IMG/VR virus record: IMGVR_UViG_3300007511_001983
Location: 53,527-73,526 of that record
Source: an uncultured virus (IMG/VR IMGVR_UViG_3300007511_001983)
Taxonomy: Duplodnaviria; Heunggongvirae; Uroviricota; Caudoviricetes
DNA: 20,000 nucleotides
Strand: one strand, 5' to 3'
Both the position numbers and the translations under genes were made by a program. The notes under the pieces were generated by a model. That model did not search any database, had not been told where the DNA came from, and saw only the letters and a list, made by a program, of their open reading frames with translations. Shown one piece after another: positions 8,301-15,355 of the stretch (positions are counted from its first letter, which is position 1; every line of letters starts with the position of its first letter).

Positions 8301-8549
8301 ATGAAGCAAACATTCTTTTTAGACGTTCGAACCCAAGAAGAACATGCCCGAAGCAATATTCCGGGAGACCTCAACATCAGTTCAATCGAAATCCAGAACC
8401 ACCTGACTGACCTACCGATGGACAAGACAATCTTGATCTACTGCCGATCCGGAAAACGTGCTGAATATACAAAGCATATTTTGTTAGCAAAGGGGTTTCA
8501 AGCTGAGAACGTTGGAACTGTAGAGGCTGCAAGGAAGTTGCATGACTAA
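8301..8549 (+). CDS. single-domain rhodanese (sulfurtransferase, PspE/GlpE-like)
   Basis: FLDVRTQEEH..SNIPG..NI and active-site loop IYCRSGKRA. Confidence 0.92.
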   Translation: MKQTFFLDVRTQEEHARSNIPGDLNISSIEIQNHLTDLPMDKTILIYCRSGKRAEYTKHILLAKGFQAENVGTVEAARKLHD

Positions 8550-9288
8550 GCTCCTCCTCTTGTCTGATCTTCACTTCGAATTCCACCGTGACATGCCAGA
8601 GTTTGTCGAAGGCCTCGATAACGATGTGGATGTGCTGGTGTTGGCAGGTGATATCACTGTGAATGACCAGATCGAGGACACTCTGGGCTTGTTCTGTGGC
8701 CGGTTCGAAAACGTGGTATTTGTACCAGGCAACCACGAATATTATCACTCAAGCCCACAAGCAATCAGTGATATCAGAGATCGATGCCTCAAACGCCATG
8801 CCAATCTTGACTGGCTCAATAATAACGTTGCAGTAATCAATGGACAGCGTTTCCTCGGGAGCACAGGTTGGTTCCGTGATCATCCGACAAACTTCCCTTA
8901 CGAGCGCAACATGTCAGATTTTAACGTGATCAATGACTTCAAACCGTGGGTATACGAAGAGCAAGCAAGGTTTGAGCAGTTCCTCGAGGCAAACCTACAA
9001 GTTGATGATATCGTTGTGACCCACCACCTGCCGAGTGAGGTATGCATCGATGATTTTTTTAAAGGTTCGTTTTTGAACCGATTCTTCGCCTGTGACTATT
9101 CGAACTTGATTTATAGTCGAGGGCCAAAGCTCTGGATGTATGGTCACACCCATTTCGAACAAGATCAAACGATTAGTAACACAAGGCTGGTCTGCAATCC
9201 TCGGGGATATCCGCACGAAAGAAACGCATTTGATCCCAGCGATAACGGAAAACAAAGCACTTACACAGGTAAGCTAATTACTGTATAA
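8542..9288 (+). CDS. calcineurin-like metallophosphoesterase
   Basis: All five motifs present: SDLH, AGD, PGNHEYY, THH, GHTH; C-terminal CNPRGY. Confidence 0.95.
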   Translation: MTKLLLLSDLHFEFHRDMPEFVEGLDNDVDVLVLAGDITVNDQIEDTLGLFCGRFENVVFVPGNHEYYHSSPQAISDIRDRCLKRHANLDWLNNNVAVINGQRFLGSTGWFRDHPTNFPYERNMSDFNVINDFKPWVYEEQARFEQFLEANLQVDDIVVTHHLPSEVCIDDFFKGSFLNRFFACDYSNLIYSRGPKLWMYGHTHFEQDQTISNTRLVCNPRGYPHERNAFDPSDNGKQSTYTGKLITV

Positions 9289-9306
9289 TATTACTGCAGC
9301 AACCAT

Positions 9307-9314
9307 ATATTTAT
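9307..9314 (+). promoter_or_regulatory. class B (putative late) motif ATATTTAT
   Basis: Intergenic, upstream of the IIREEL-leader operon; the motif recurs at 14487, 16369, 19226(-) and 19257. Confidence 0.55.
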
Positions 9315-9341
9315 TTGTAGACACACCCGGGAGGGGTAATA

Positions 9342-9692
9342 ATGGAAATCAAAGCAAACACACTTCGTCAGATCATTCGTGAAGAGCTATCAAAGCTAAA
9401 TGAGCAACCAGCAGACGGAGCCAATGAGTTCTATTCTGCCAAGGTAGGATTGCTCACCCAACTTATGGACAATCTAGACGAAGCACATAGCGCACTTGAT
9501 GCAGTTGCTGAGTTAGCACAGAGCCTCGCAGCACACGAGCAATCAGCCGCTGCAGAAGACGCTGAGTTTATGGAGCAAATGCTCAAGCTAGAAGATGACT
9601 CTGTAAATCATCGTGACAATTCACTTGACCCTGACCTAAGATATGTCAAGGGCGAGCTTGATGCAGTTCAGGCAATGTTTCACGGGGAATAA
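9342..9692 (+). CDS. acidic helical protein with 'LRQIIREEL' N-terminal leader
   Basis: GGGAGGGG RBS; MEIKANTLRQIIREELSKLNE. Confidence 0.85.
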   Translation: MEIKANTLRQIIREELSKLNEQPADGANEFYSAKVGLLTQLMDNLDEAHSALDAVAELAQSLAAHEQSAAAEDAEFMEQMLKLEDDSVNHRDNSLDPDLRYVKGELDAVQAMFHGE

Positions 9693-9698
9693 GAGAAA

Positions 9699-10316
9699 GT
9701 GAAAACAACACTCAGCAACCTTAGGCAGATCATTCGCGAGGAGCTCACACGAGTTCTGGCTGAAGCTGATAGTGACGGTGACGGTGAACTTAGCCCTGAT
9801 GAACTCAGGGACTTGGCAGACAAGCTCGACAACGACACGGTTGATATCGTTGATGTAGAAACCGGCGAGGTGCTTTACATCGGCGCCGGCACTCAAAGAG
9901 GTATACCTGCTGCCAAAGCCGATGAGTTTATCGAAAAGCTTAGGCTGTCCGTCATCGTCGACGACAAAGACGGAACTGAACGAAGCATCGAGCTGAGCAA
10001 GGCCGATTTTGAAAAGCTTGAGGCGCACATCGATGATGTCTATGACAGACCCGAAAGAGAAAAGGCCGCTGCTGCCCGCAAAGCAGAGGAAGAACGGCTG
10101 GATCCCAGAAGGCTCAAAGACGAACTCAGTCGAAGAGCAAAGATCGCCGGCGAAGAATACATGGCGGACAATCCAGATGCAAGCCTTGAGGATGTAGCTT
10201 TAGATCTGGCTGCCTCGGTTCTATACTCATTTGAACAGGATGAGCAAGAAGAGCTTCGATACGCCTTTGACGACGACGAATATCAGCTTAACTTGTACGC
10301 AGCAGAAAGCATGTAG
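9699..10316 (+). CDS. acidic protein with 'LRQIIREEL' leader and EF-hand loop
   Basis: GTG start; MKTTLSNLRQIIREELTRVLAE followed by DSDGDGELSPDE. Confidence 0.85.
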   Translation: MKTTLSNLRQIIREELTRVLAEADSDGDGELSPDELRDLADKLDNDTVDIVDVETGEVLYIGAGTQRGIPAAKADEFIEKLRLSVIVDDKDGTERSIELSKADFEKLEAHIDDVYDRPEREKAAAARKAEEERLDPRRLKDELSRRAKIAGEEYMADNPDASLEDVALDLAASVLYSFEQDEQEELRYAFDDDEYQLNLYAAESM

Positions 10317-10324
10317 AAAATAAC

Positions 10325-10789
10325 ATGAAGATCACAAAAAGCAGACTACAACAGATCATTCAGGAAGAGCTCAAGAGAGTTTTGACTGAGAGCAGCGACT
10401 GGCACAGTGATGAACATGAAACGCTGGCTGATCGTAAATTTGCTGACAGAGATTGGGCACCACCCGAGGCTGATCTACCCGAAGATATCAAAGATGCCAT
10501 AAGAAATTCAGCGGCAAATCTTATTCATGATCCTATTCATTCCAGATCAACGCCGGCTGACATAGCTGTCCAAGCCCTGCTCCATGTCAGGATCCCGCCT
10601 GATATGGGTGAGGAAGCCCTAGCTTTCGCTAATGATTTCATTCAAGATAGCTTCGAAGATGAGCCCGAAGAAGAGATGCACCCAGACGAGATTGCTGCAC
10701 AAGAATTCGACCGCAAGGCATTCGGCAAGAATTCAGGTAGTGATAAGAAAATTCGATTCACAGCAAAAGACGTATTCCTCGACAAATAA
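10325..10789 (+). CDS. acidic protein with 'LQQIIQEEL' leader
   Basis: MKITKSRLQQIIQEELKRVLTE. Confidence 0.85.
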   Translation: MKITKSRLQQIIQEELKRVLTESSDWHSDEHETLADRKFADRDWAPPEADLPEDIKDAIRNSAANLIHDPIHSRSTPADIAVQALLHVRIPPDMGEEALAFANDFIQDSFEDEPEEEMHPDEIAAQEFDRKAFGKNSGSDKKIRFTAKDVFLDK

Positions 10790-10794
10790 TCAGG

Positions 10795-10822
10795 TGTAAA
10801 CCCCTCGAACCCGCAGTATAAT
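10795..10822 (+). promoter_or_regulatory. class A promoter TGTAAA-N16-TATAAT
   Basis: Intergenic, upstream of AGGGGA and ATG 10852. Confidence 0.7.
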
Positions 10823-10851
10823 ATTTAAGATACAAAGCTAGGGGATCATCG

Positions 10852-11382
10852 ATGTCTGATAAATATGAGTTTGAATACACCGAAGATGGTGATACAGTAA
10901 TCAGATCTGAAGAAGATCTGGACGAGCTCTTTAGGCAAATGCGTGATCAGCCGTGGTATGTGCATCTGTGGTCGGCGATCCTTCGCAATGCAGACGAATA
11001 TCTTTCTCCCGAAATGATCTACAAGCGATTTGTTAAATGGCCATACCAGCGCCTGACACGCGGCTTCGATGACCGCGAACTATGGAGTTTGTACAATACT
11101 ATATCTGAGTTTGTTCTCCCGAGGCTCAAGGCGTATAAGAAGACTACACACTTCTATGGATATCCGGCCGAACTCGAAGATGGTAATACAAAAAACCCAG
11201 ACGAAGTGTGGGACAACATGCTGGATGAAATGATCTGGGCTCATGAGTTCGTCGCAGCTAACAACGGAATGGATATGCCTGATTACCCGTGGGACGATAA
11301 AGAACGCCGCGATTCATGGGAAAATCGATACGAGGCAGGCATGGCGCTATACACGAAATATTACAGAGGGATCTGGCAATAG
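10852..11382 (+). CDS. conserved phage hypothetical protein
   Basis: QR.TRGFDD.ELWSL...LPRLKAYK...GYP...W...LDEMIWA...G..LY.KYY..IW pattern typical of a recurring phage family. Confidence 0.8.
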   Translation: MSDKYEFEYTEDGDTVIRSEEDLDELFRQMRDQPWYVHLWSAILRNADEYLSPEMIYKRFVKWPYQRLTRGFDDRELWSLYNTISEFVLPRLKAYKKTTHFYGYPAELEDGNTKNPDEVWDNMLDEMIWAHEFVAANNGMDMPDYPWDDKERRDSWENRYEAGMALYTKYYRGIWQ

Positions 11383-11383
11383 C

Positions 11384-11569
11384 ATGTTCGAACTGGGAGA
11401 GCTTGTAAGGGTAAAAGCAGATCCCTTGGGCATGCTTATGAACAGCAAGCTTATCGGCAAGACAGGATTGATTGTCAAAAATCAATTTAGTATCTATACG
11501 ATCCTGATTGACGGAAAGAAGATTGATATGCTAGATATCATGATCGAAAGCATGGTCAAAGAATCATGA
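11384..11569 (+). CDS. small KOW paralog, NusG-CTD-like start
   Basis: Start moved to ATG 11384: MFELGELVRVKADP...GKTGLIVK...YTILIDGKK. Confidence 0.8.
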   Translation: MFELGELVRVKADPLGMLMNSKLIGKTGLIVKNQFSIYTILIDGKKIDMLDIMIESMVKES

Positions 11570-11832
11570 AAGAAATCCTCATCGCCGGCGACATGGTGTC
11601 AGTCTATGACGGCAGAAAGAACCCTGTATGGATTGATAACGGCGTCTGGCTTGGAATGACAAAGAAGAATGTTCCGAGAGTTATGGGCACGTTCAACAAT
11701 CAAAGTGATCATCAGACTGAAAAAGTAGATGCACATGATGTACTTGTCAAAGGGAAAAGGGTATTATATGAAGCCAGACGTTGGTACATAAAGAAAGGAT
11801 GGCCCACACATGACAAAGAAGAGAGACAATGA
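11566..11832 (+). CDS. small KOW/SH3-like paralog
   Basis: LIAGDMVSV...NGVWLG...HDVLVKGK. Confidence 0.75.
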   Translation: MKEILIAGDMVSVYDGRKNPVWIDNGVWLGMTKKNVPRVMGTFNNQSDHQTEKVDAHDVLVKGKRVLYEARRWYIKKGWPTHDKEERQ

Positions 11833-11980
11833 AATCAGAGCATACTTGAATATACTTGAAGCAGCATGGAGAATCCATCCAGAGCTTCGATTGGGACAAC
11901 TAATTACCAGCGCATCAGGAGAAATTGATTCATTCTATATTGAAGATGATGTTTTGATGCAAGGACTAGAAGAATTGTAA
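11810..11980 (+). CDS. YihD/DUF1040-like small protein, 56 aa (not in ORF track)
   Basis: LNILEAAWRIHPELRLGQLI...FYIEDDVLMQGL matches the W...P.LRLGQL...FY.EDD pattern. Confidence 0.7.
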   Translation: MTKKRDNEIRAYLNILEAAWRIHPELRLGQLITSASGEIDSFYIEDDVLMQGLEEL

Positions 11981-12003
11981 ACGATACTGCTGTGTGATAG
12001 AAT
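11975..12003 (+). promoter_or_regulatory. class A promoter TTGTAA-N17-TAGAAT with extended -10 TG
   Basis: TG-A-TAGAAT at 11995-12003; GGAGGT 12011-12016; ATG 12020. Confidence 0.7.
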
Positions 12004-12019
12004 ATTATATGGAGGTTTA

Positions 12020-12910
12020 ATGACCAAGATTCTGACAAAAGATATGCAATGGCTATATGATCAGGTGCCCGACGCCGAGGGTGTTCTTGCTCAATTCCAG
12101 CCATTTTTTGACCACGGCGCATTTTTAGCAGGAGGCTTTCTTCGTACTGCAATTACAGAGGGGTCTGCAGTCAAGGCGTTCGATCGGACCCACAGGCCAG
12201 GTGACATGGACTTCTTCTTCAGATCACCAGAGCACGCTGAACGCTTTACAAAGAAAATCCGGGATGATCGTGTCAATCTTGGGCGAGTTTCACTTCATCC
12301 CTATCATACAAAGCAATGGGCTTCCGGGCCGAACTCAATGATGAAGTATGCTTACGATGCTTCATTTACCCTTGCCGATCACTCCGGGATGATGCAATTG
12401 ATCCACAAGTTCGGCGGAACCCCAAGCCAAATCCTCCAGAGCTTTGATATCGCCAACTGCAAGATCGCCACTGACGGCAAACAGATCTATATCCGCGAAG
12501 GCTGGGAGAAGCTAGAAGAAGATAAGCTGATCCACATCGACGACTACCAGGATCTTGTTCCGTGGCGAGTTATCAAGTACATAAACAAAGGTGCAACGAA
12601 AGACAAGCCTTCACCCTACAGTCTCTCAGACGACTCAAAGGTTGGGATCCTCGAGCACGTCATGTCTAAGATGTCATCAGGTCAGTGGGGCAAGCTAATC
12701 AATCCTTTGCAAAGGGTCAAGGCACTCCTTACACACTCAAAGCAGTTAATCAAGACCGAGGACGTCCTGTTCTTCATGAACAAGCTGGGAACCGTCATGA
12801 TAAGCGAGGCAGGTCCCGGATCTGACCCGTATGACGTGATTGAGAGAAGGATGAAGACAAAGGACTTTGCTATTCACACTTATGAGCAACGAAAGAAGAA
12901 AGAGAAATGA
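12020..12910 (+). CDS. nucleotidyltransferase (Pol-beta superfamily, CCA-adding/poly(A) polymerase-like head)
   Basis: FLAGGFLR...PGDMDFFF (DxD)...SFDIANCKIA...RVIKY..KG. Confidence 0.8.
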   Translation: MTKILTKDMQWLYDQVPDAEGVLAQFQPFFDHGAFLAGGFLRTAITEGSAVKAFDRTHRPGDMDFFFRSPEHAERFTKKIRDDRVNLGRVSLHPYHTKQWASGPNSMMKYAYDASFTLADHSGMMQLIHKFGGTPSQILQSFDIANCKIATDGKQIYIREGWEKLEEDKLIHIDDYQDLVPWRVIKYINKGATKDKPSPYSLSDDSKVGILEHVMSKMSSGQWGKLINPLQRVKALLTHSKQLIKTEDVLFFMNKLGTVMISEAGPGSDPYDVIERRMKTKDFAIHTYEQRKKKEK

Positions 12911-13134
12911 AGCTGTTCAGCGCTGGAACATTGGTCTGGTATTCATCTCTATTCTGGCTCGGCGATGAGTTGCCTCAAAAAGCCGTGATAACTAAATCCG
13001 AGTCAGCCGATCACATAGAGATTCTTGTAAATGAAAAGATTGTCGTATGCATTCAAGACGAGCTAGCACCCGTCAATGACAAGAACATAGATGATCACAA
13101 CTGGATTCATGAGTGGGGCCAACCTGAAGCATGA
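12907..13134 (+). CDS. small KOW/SH3-like paralog
   Basis: FSAGTLVWY...KAVITK...EILVNEK...DELAPV. Confidence 0.7.
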   Translation: MKLFSAGTLVWYSSLFWLGDELPQKAVITKSESADHIEILVNEKIVVCIQDELAPVNDKNIDDHNWIHEWGQPEA

Positions 13135-13406
13135 AGAAGGTGTATGTAAAAGATCTGTCAAGAGGTGAGTGCTATAAATATGTTCCGTATAGCTGGCCCA
13201 ACAGTCTAGCCAATCTGGTCGAACCGGGCGTTGTCCAGTACGTTGGATCGTATAAGCACGCATACAAAGACGGAAGCAAGTGGAAGAAGCATAGATTTTT
13301 ATGGATAAAAAAGCCTGAAAAGTTGCAGCATGGTTACAGCTACGAAGGAAAAGCAACCATCGAACTTTACGGTGACAATATTCGCGGATGTCTGAGATTC
13401 ATGTGA
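13131..13406 (+). CDS. basic hypothetical protein
   Basis: ATGA-coupled; Lys/Tyr-rich; possible divergent beta-barrel (LSRGECYKY). Confidence 0.7.
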   Translation: MKKVYVKDLSRGECYKYVPYSWPNSLANLVEPGVVQYVGSYKHAYKDGSKWKKHRFLWIKKPEKLQHGYSYEGKATIELYGDNIRGCLRFM

Positions 13407-13576
13407 TCAAAAAGGGTGACCTAATCAGAGTCCGCACAGAAATCAGTTCATTCCCTGACGACAAAGGTATCGTCCTCGCAGTAGACGAAGATGATGCCGG
13501 GACACTGCGATACAAAGTTCTTCTTAAGAATGAAATGTGGTGGGTGCATCAAGATGAAATAGAAGCTATAGCCTAA
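13403..13576 (+). CDS. small KOW/SH3-like paralog
   Basis: GTGA overlap; IKKGDLIRV...KGIVLAVDEDDAGTLRYKVLL...DEIEAI. Confidence 0.8.
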   Translation: MIKKGDLIRVRTEISSFPDDKGIVLAVDEDDAGTLRYKVLLKNEMWWVHQDEIEAIA

Positions 13577-13785
13577 TGATTGCTGTGAATCCAAAAGTAG
13601 CTTTTAAAGAAGGTATGATGATCAAGATCGTCGGAAGCATATTCAAAAACTCTGTAGGCCTTGTTCTCGAAACACCAAAGTCATTTGATACATTTCTCTG
13701 GGTATTCGTTGACAATGAGCCTCAATGGATTCATATTAATGATTGCGAAGCAGCCGAGGAAGACAATGGTAAAGCCTACATATGA
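13576..13785 (+). CDS. small KOW/SH3-like paralog
   Basis: FKEGMMIKIVGSIFKNSVGLVLE...WVFVDNE. Confidence 0.75.
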   Translation: MIAVNPKVAFKEGMMIKIVGSIFKNSVGLVLETPKSFDTFLWVFVDNEPQWIHINDCEAAEEDNGKAYI

Positions 13786-14038
13786 TCATCACTCGTGGAT
13801 AAAAGAAGCTATGCCCGAGTATGATCCTGACAGAGAGTTGAACTTGAAGCCCGGAGATCTGGTGATAGGAACTGGAACGTCATACCGTATGACAAAAAAC
13901 CTCAAGGGGTTCATAATTAGAAAGACGCAAGCAAGACGTCCGCACAGAACTGATGTATATCTCGTCAGGTTCCAGAACGAAGAACCGAAAGAAGTAGATG
14001 AGCGATGGCTTCAAAGGATAGAAAATGAAGAAGGGTGA
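13766..14038 (+). CDS. KOW/SH3-like paralog with N-terminal extension
   Basis: GAGGA then ATG 13766; LKPGDLVIG...KGFIIRK...YLVRF...WLQRI. Confidence 0.75.
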   Translation: MVKPTYDHHSWIKEAMPEYDPDRELNLKPGDLVIGTGTSYRMTKNLKGFIIRKTQARRPHRTDVYLVRFQNEEPKEVDERWLQRIENEEG

Positions 14039-14222
14039 CATGGTCCGGTTCCGAACTGTAATCAATCACCGCGCTGAGGAGCTGTCTGAGTGGAAATACG
14101 GTGTTGTCGTCAAGGAGTATGAATCCTGGGAGAAGATCGTTTCTATTCTCCACGCCGGCACAGTCGTAAGAATCAAGGCAGCTCATGTTCAAATCCACCA
14201 GCGTGGCCCGGAAAAAAGGTAG
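14025..14222 (+). CDS. small KOW/SH3-like paralog
   Basis: MKKGDMVRF...YGVVVKE...SILHAG. Confidence 0.8.
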   Translation: MKKGDMVRFRTVINHRAEELSEWKYGVVVKEYESWEKIVSILHAGTVVRIKAAHVQIHQRGPEKR

Positions 14223-14231
14223 CTCTGTCTA

Positions 14232-14239
14232 ATATATAT
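14232..14239 (+). promoter_or_regulatory. class B motif variant ATATATAT
   Basis: AT tract upstream of the fourth leader-bearing gene; one mismatch to ATAnTTAT. Confidence 0.35.
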
Positions 14240-14257
14240 TATTATTAGGGGCAGATC

Positions 14258-14470
14258 ATGATTAAAATAACTGCAAAACAACTCCGCGAGCTAATAAGAG
14301 AAGTTGCTAAACGTCGACCCGATGGTTGGTTGCCTTCAACTGCTAAGAACCTTCACTTAGACAAGAAGTTTAAGTCCGCCGGCGGATGGCCTGAAGGTGA
14401 GTATGACCCGCCTGTCAATGTCAGAATCAGCAACTATCTCAAGTCCCTCGGCCTTTTAGACGAAGATTAA
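14258..14470 (+). CDS. small protein with 'KITAKQLRELIRE' leader
   Basis: AGGGG RBS; MIKITAKQLRELIREV...GGWPEGEYDPPVN. Confidence 0.8.
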   Translation: MIKITAKQLRELIREVAKRRPDGWLPSTAKNLHLDKKFKSAGGWPEGEYDPPVNVRISNYLKSLGLLDED

Positions 14471-14486
14471 AAATATAGAGCTCTGC

Positions 14487-14494
14487 ATAGTTAT
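14487..14494 (+). promoter_or_regulatory. class B motif ATAGTTAT
   Basis: Intergenic, upstream of GGAGGT and ATG 14515. Confidence 0.5.
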
Positions 14495-14514
14495 ACTATA
14501 CACGGAGGTAATAT

Positions 14515-14721
14515 ATGAAGAGTGATGATGTCACAAAGATACAAGAAGTACATGATAAAAGATTAAGTAGATTTGCAAAGATCAAAGGGGAGCTTACGCT
14601 GCTTATGATCTTGTGTCGCAAGTTAATCACATTTAAAATGCCGTGGCAATACTATTTTCTCGGTGCAATGCTATGGGCTGACGGAATGTTGGCAGGCTGG
14701 TTATGCTCAAACCCTTTTTAA
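14515..14721 (+). CDS. small membrane protein
   Basis: GGAGGT RBS; hydrophobic C-terminus YYFLGAMLWADGMLAGWLC. Confidence 0.7.
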   Translation: MKSDDVTKIQEVHDKRLSRFAKIKGELTLLMILCRKLITFKMPWQYYFLGAMLWADGMLAGWLCSNPF

Positions 14722-15128
14722 TAACGGGGGTAGGTATTCTACTGGCTGCTTGTATTTTTGCAGCGTCTAGACAACAAACACACCAGTTCAAGGCTGTAAT
14801 TACCGGACATGATAATACATGGGTCAATAATTACGCACATGCTAGAATCTCTATGATCCCGGAAAAGGGTTGGTTCATTAAGCCCGAAGCACCAGTAAAG
14901 ATATCCATCAAACACACTCAGAATATTGAGCTTAGCCAGACAGAACTTACGATCAAAGACGTGCGCTGGGGTAAAAAAGTAAAGTCAGCAAACTTTGACA
15001 TACTAATCAAAGGTAAGAAGGTTGGCATAGCAGAGATTGATGCTGATCTCGTATTCTCTACATGCAATAAAAGTGTCTGTATAGAAAATACCGGGCGCCT
15101 AACGAAGACCATAATAGTAAAGCCATGA
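14703..15128 (+). CDS. exported protein, DsbD N-terminal (Ig-like, Cys-pair) domain-like
   Basis: Signal peptide; PEKGWFI..EAP.KI and terminal LVFSTCNKSVC. Confidence 0.55.
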   Translation: MLKPFLITGVGILLAACIFAASRQQTHQFKAVITGHDNTWVNNYAHARISMIPEKGWFIKPEAPVKISIKHTQNIELSQTELTIKDVRWGKKVKSANFDILIKGKKVGIAEIDADLVFSTCNKSVCIENTGRLTKTIIVKP

Positions 15129-15349
15129 AATACAATCCCGGCGACATGGTTATAATAAAAGAATGTTCAGACTATACAGCAAGTTCAAAAAGCTGGACGT
15201 GGAAAGATAAGTCTGGAATTGTTATTAACTGCTTAGATCCACTTGTAATGGCAATTGCTGATGCAGGAACTGGCGGATACGACTACCAGATCTTCCTCGC
15301 CGGAGAACTTGTTTATTTCCACGAGGATGAATTAATCAGGGTAGGATAG
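15125..15349 (+). CDS. small KOW/SH3-like paralog
   Basis: YNPGDMVII...KSGIVIN...YQIFLAGE...EDELIRV. Confidence 0.8.
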   Translation: MKYNPGDMVIIKECSDYTASSKSWTWKDKSGIVINCLDPLVMAIADAGTGGYDYQIFLAGELVYFHEDELIRVG

Positions 15350-15355
15350 TATTAC

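Noticed and set aside
61..15349. Diversity-generating retroelement or integron cassette array explaining the paralogs
   Set aside because: No reverse transcriptase, integrase, TR/VR pair or attC-like spacers are visible, and the genes overlap with no intergenic repeats.
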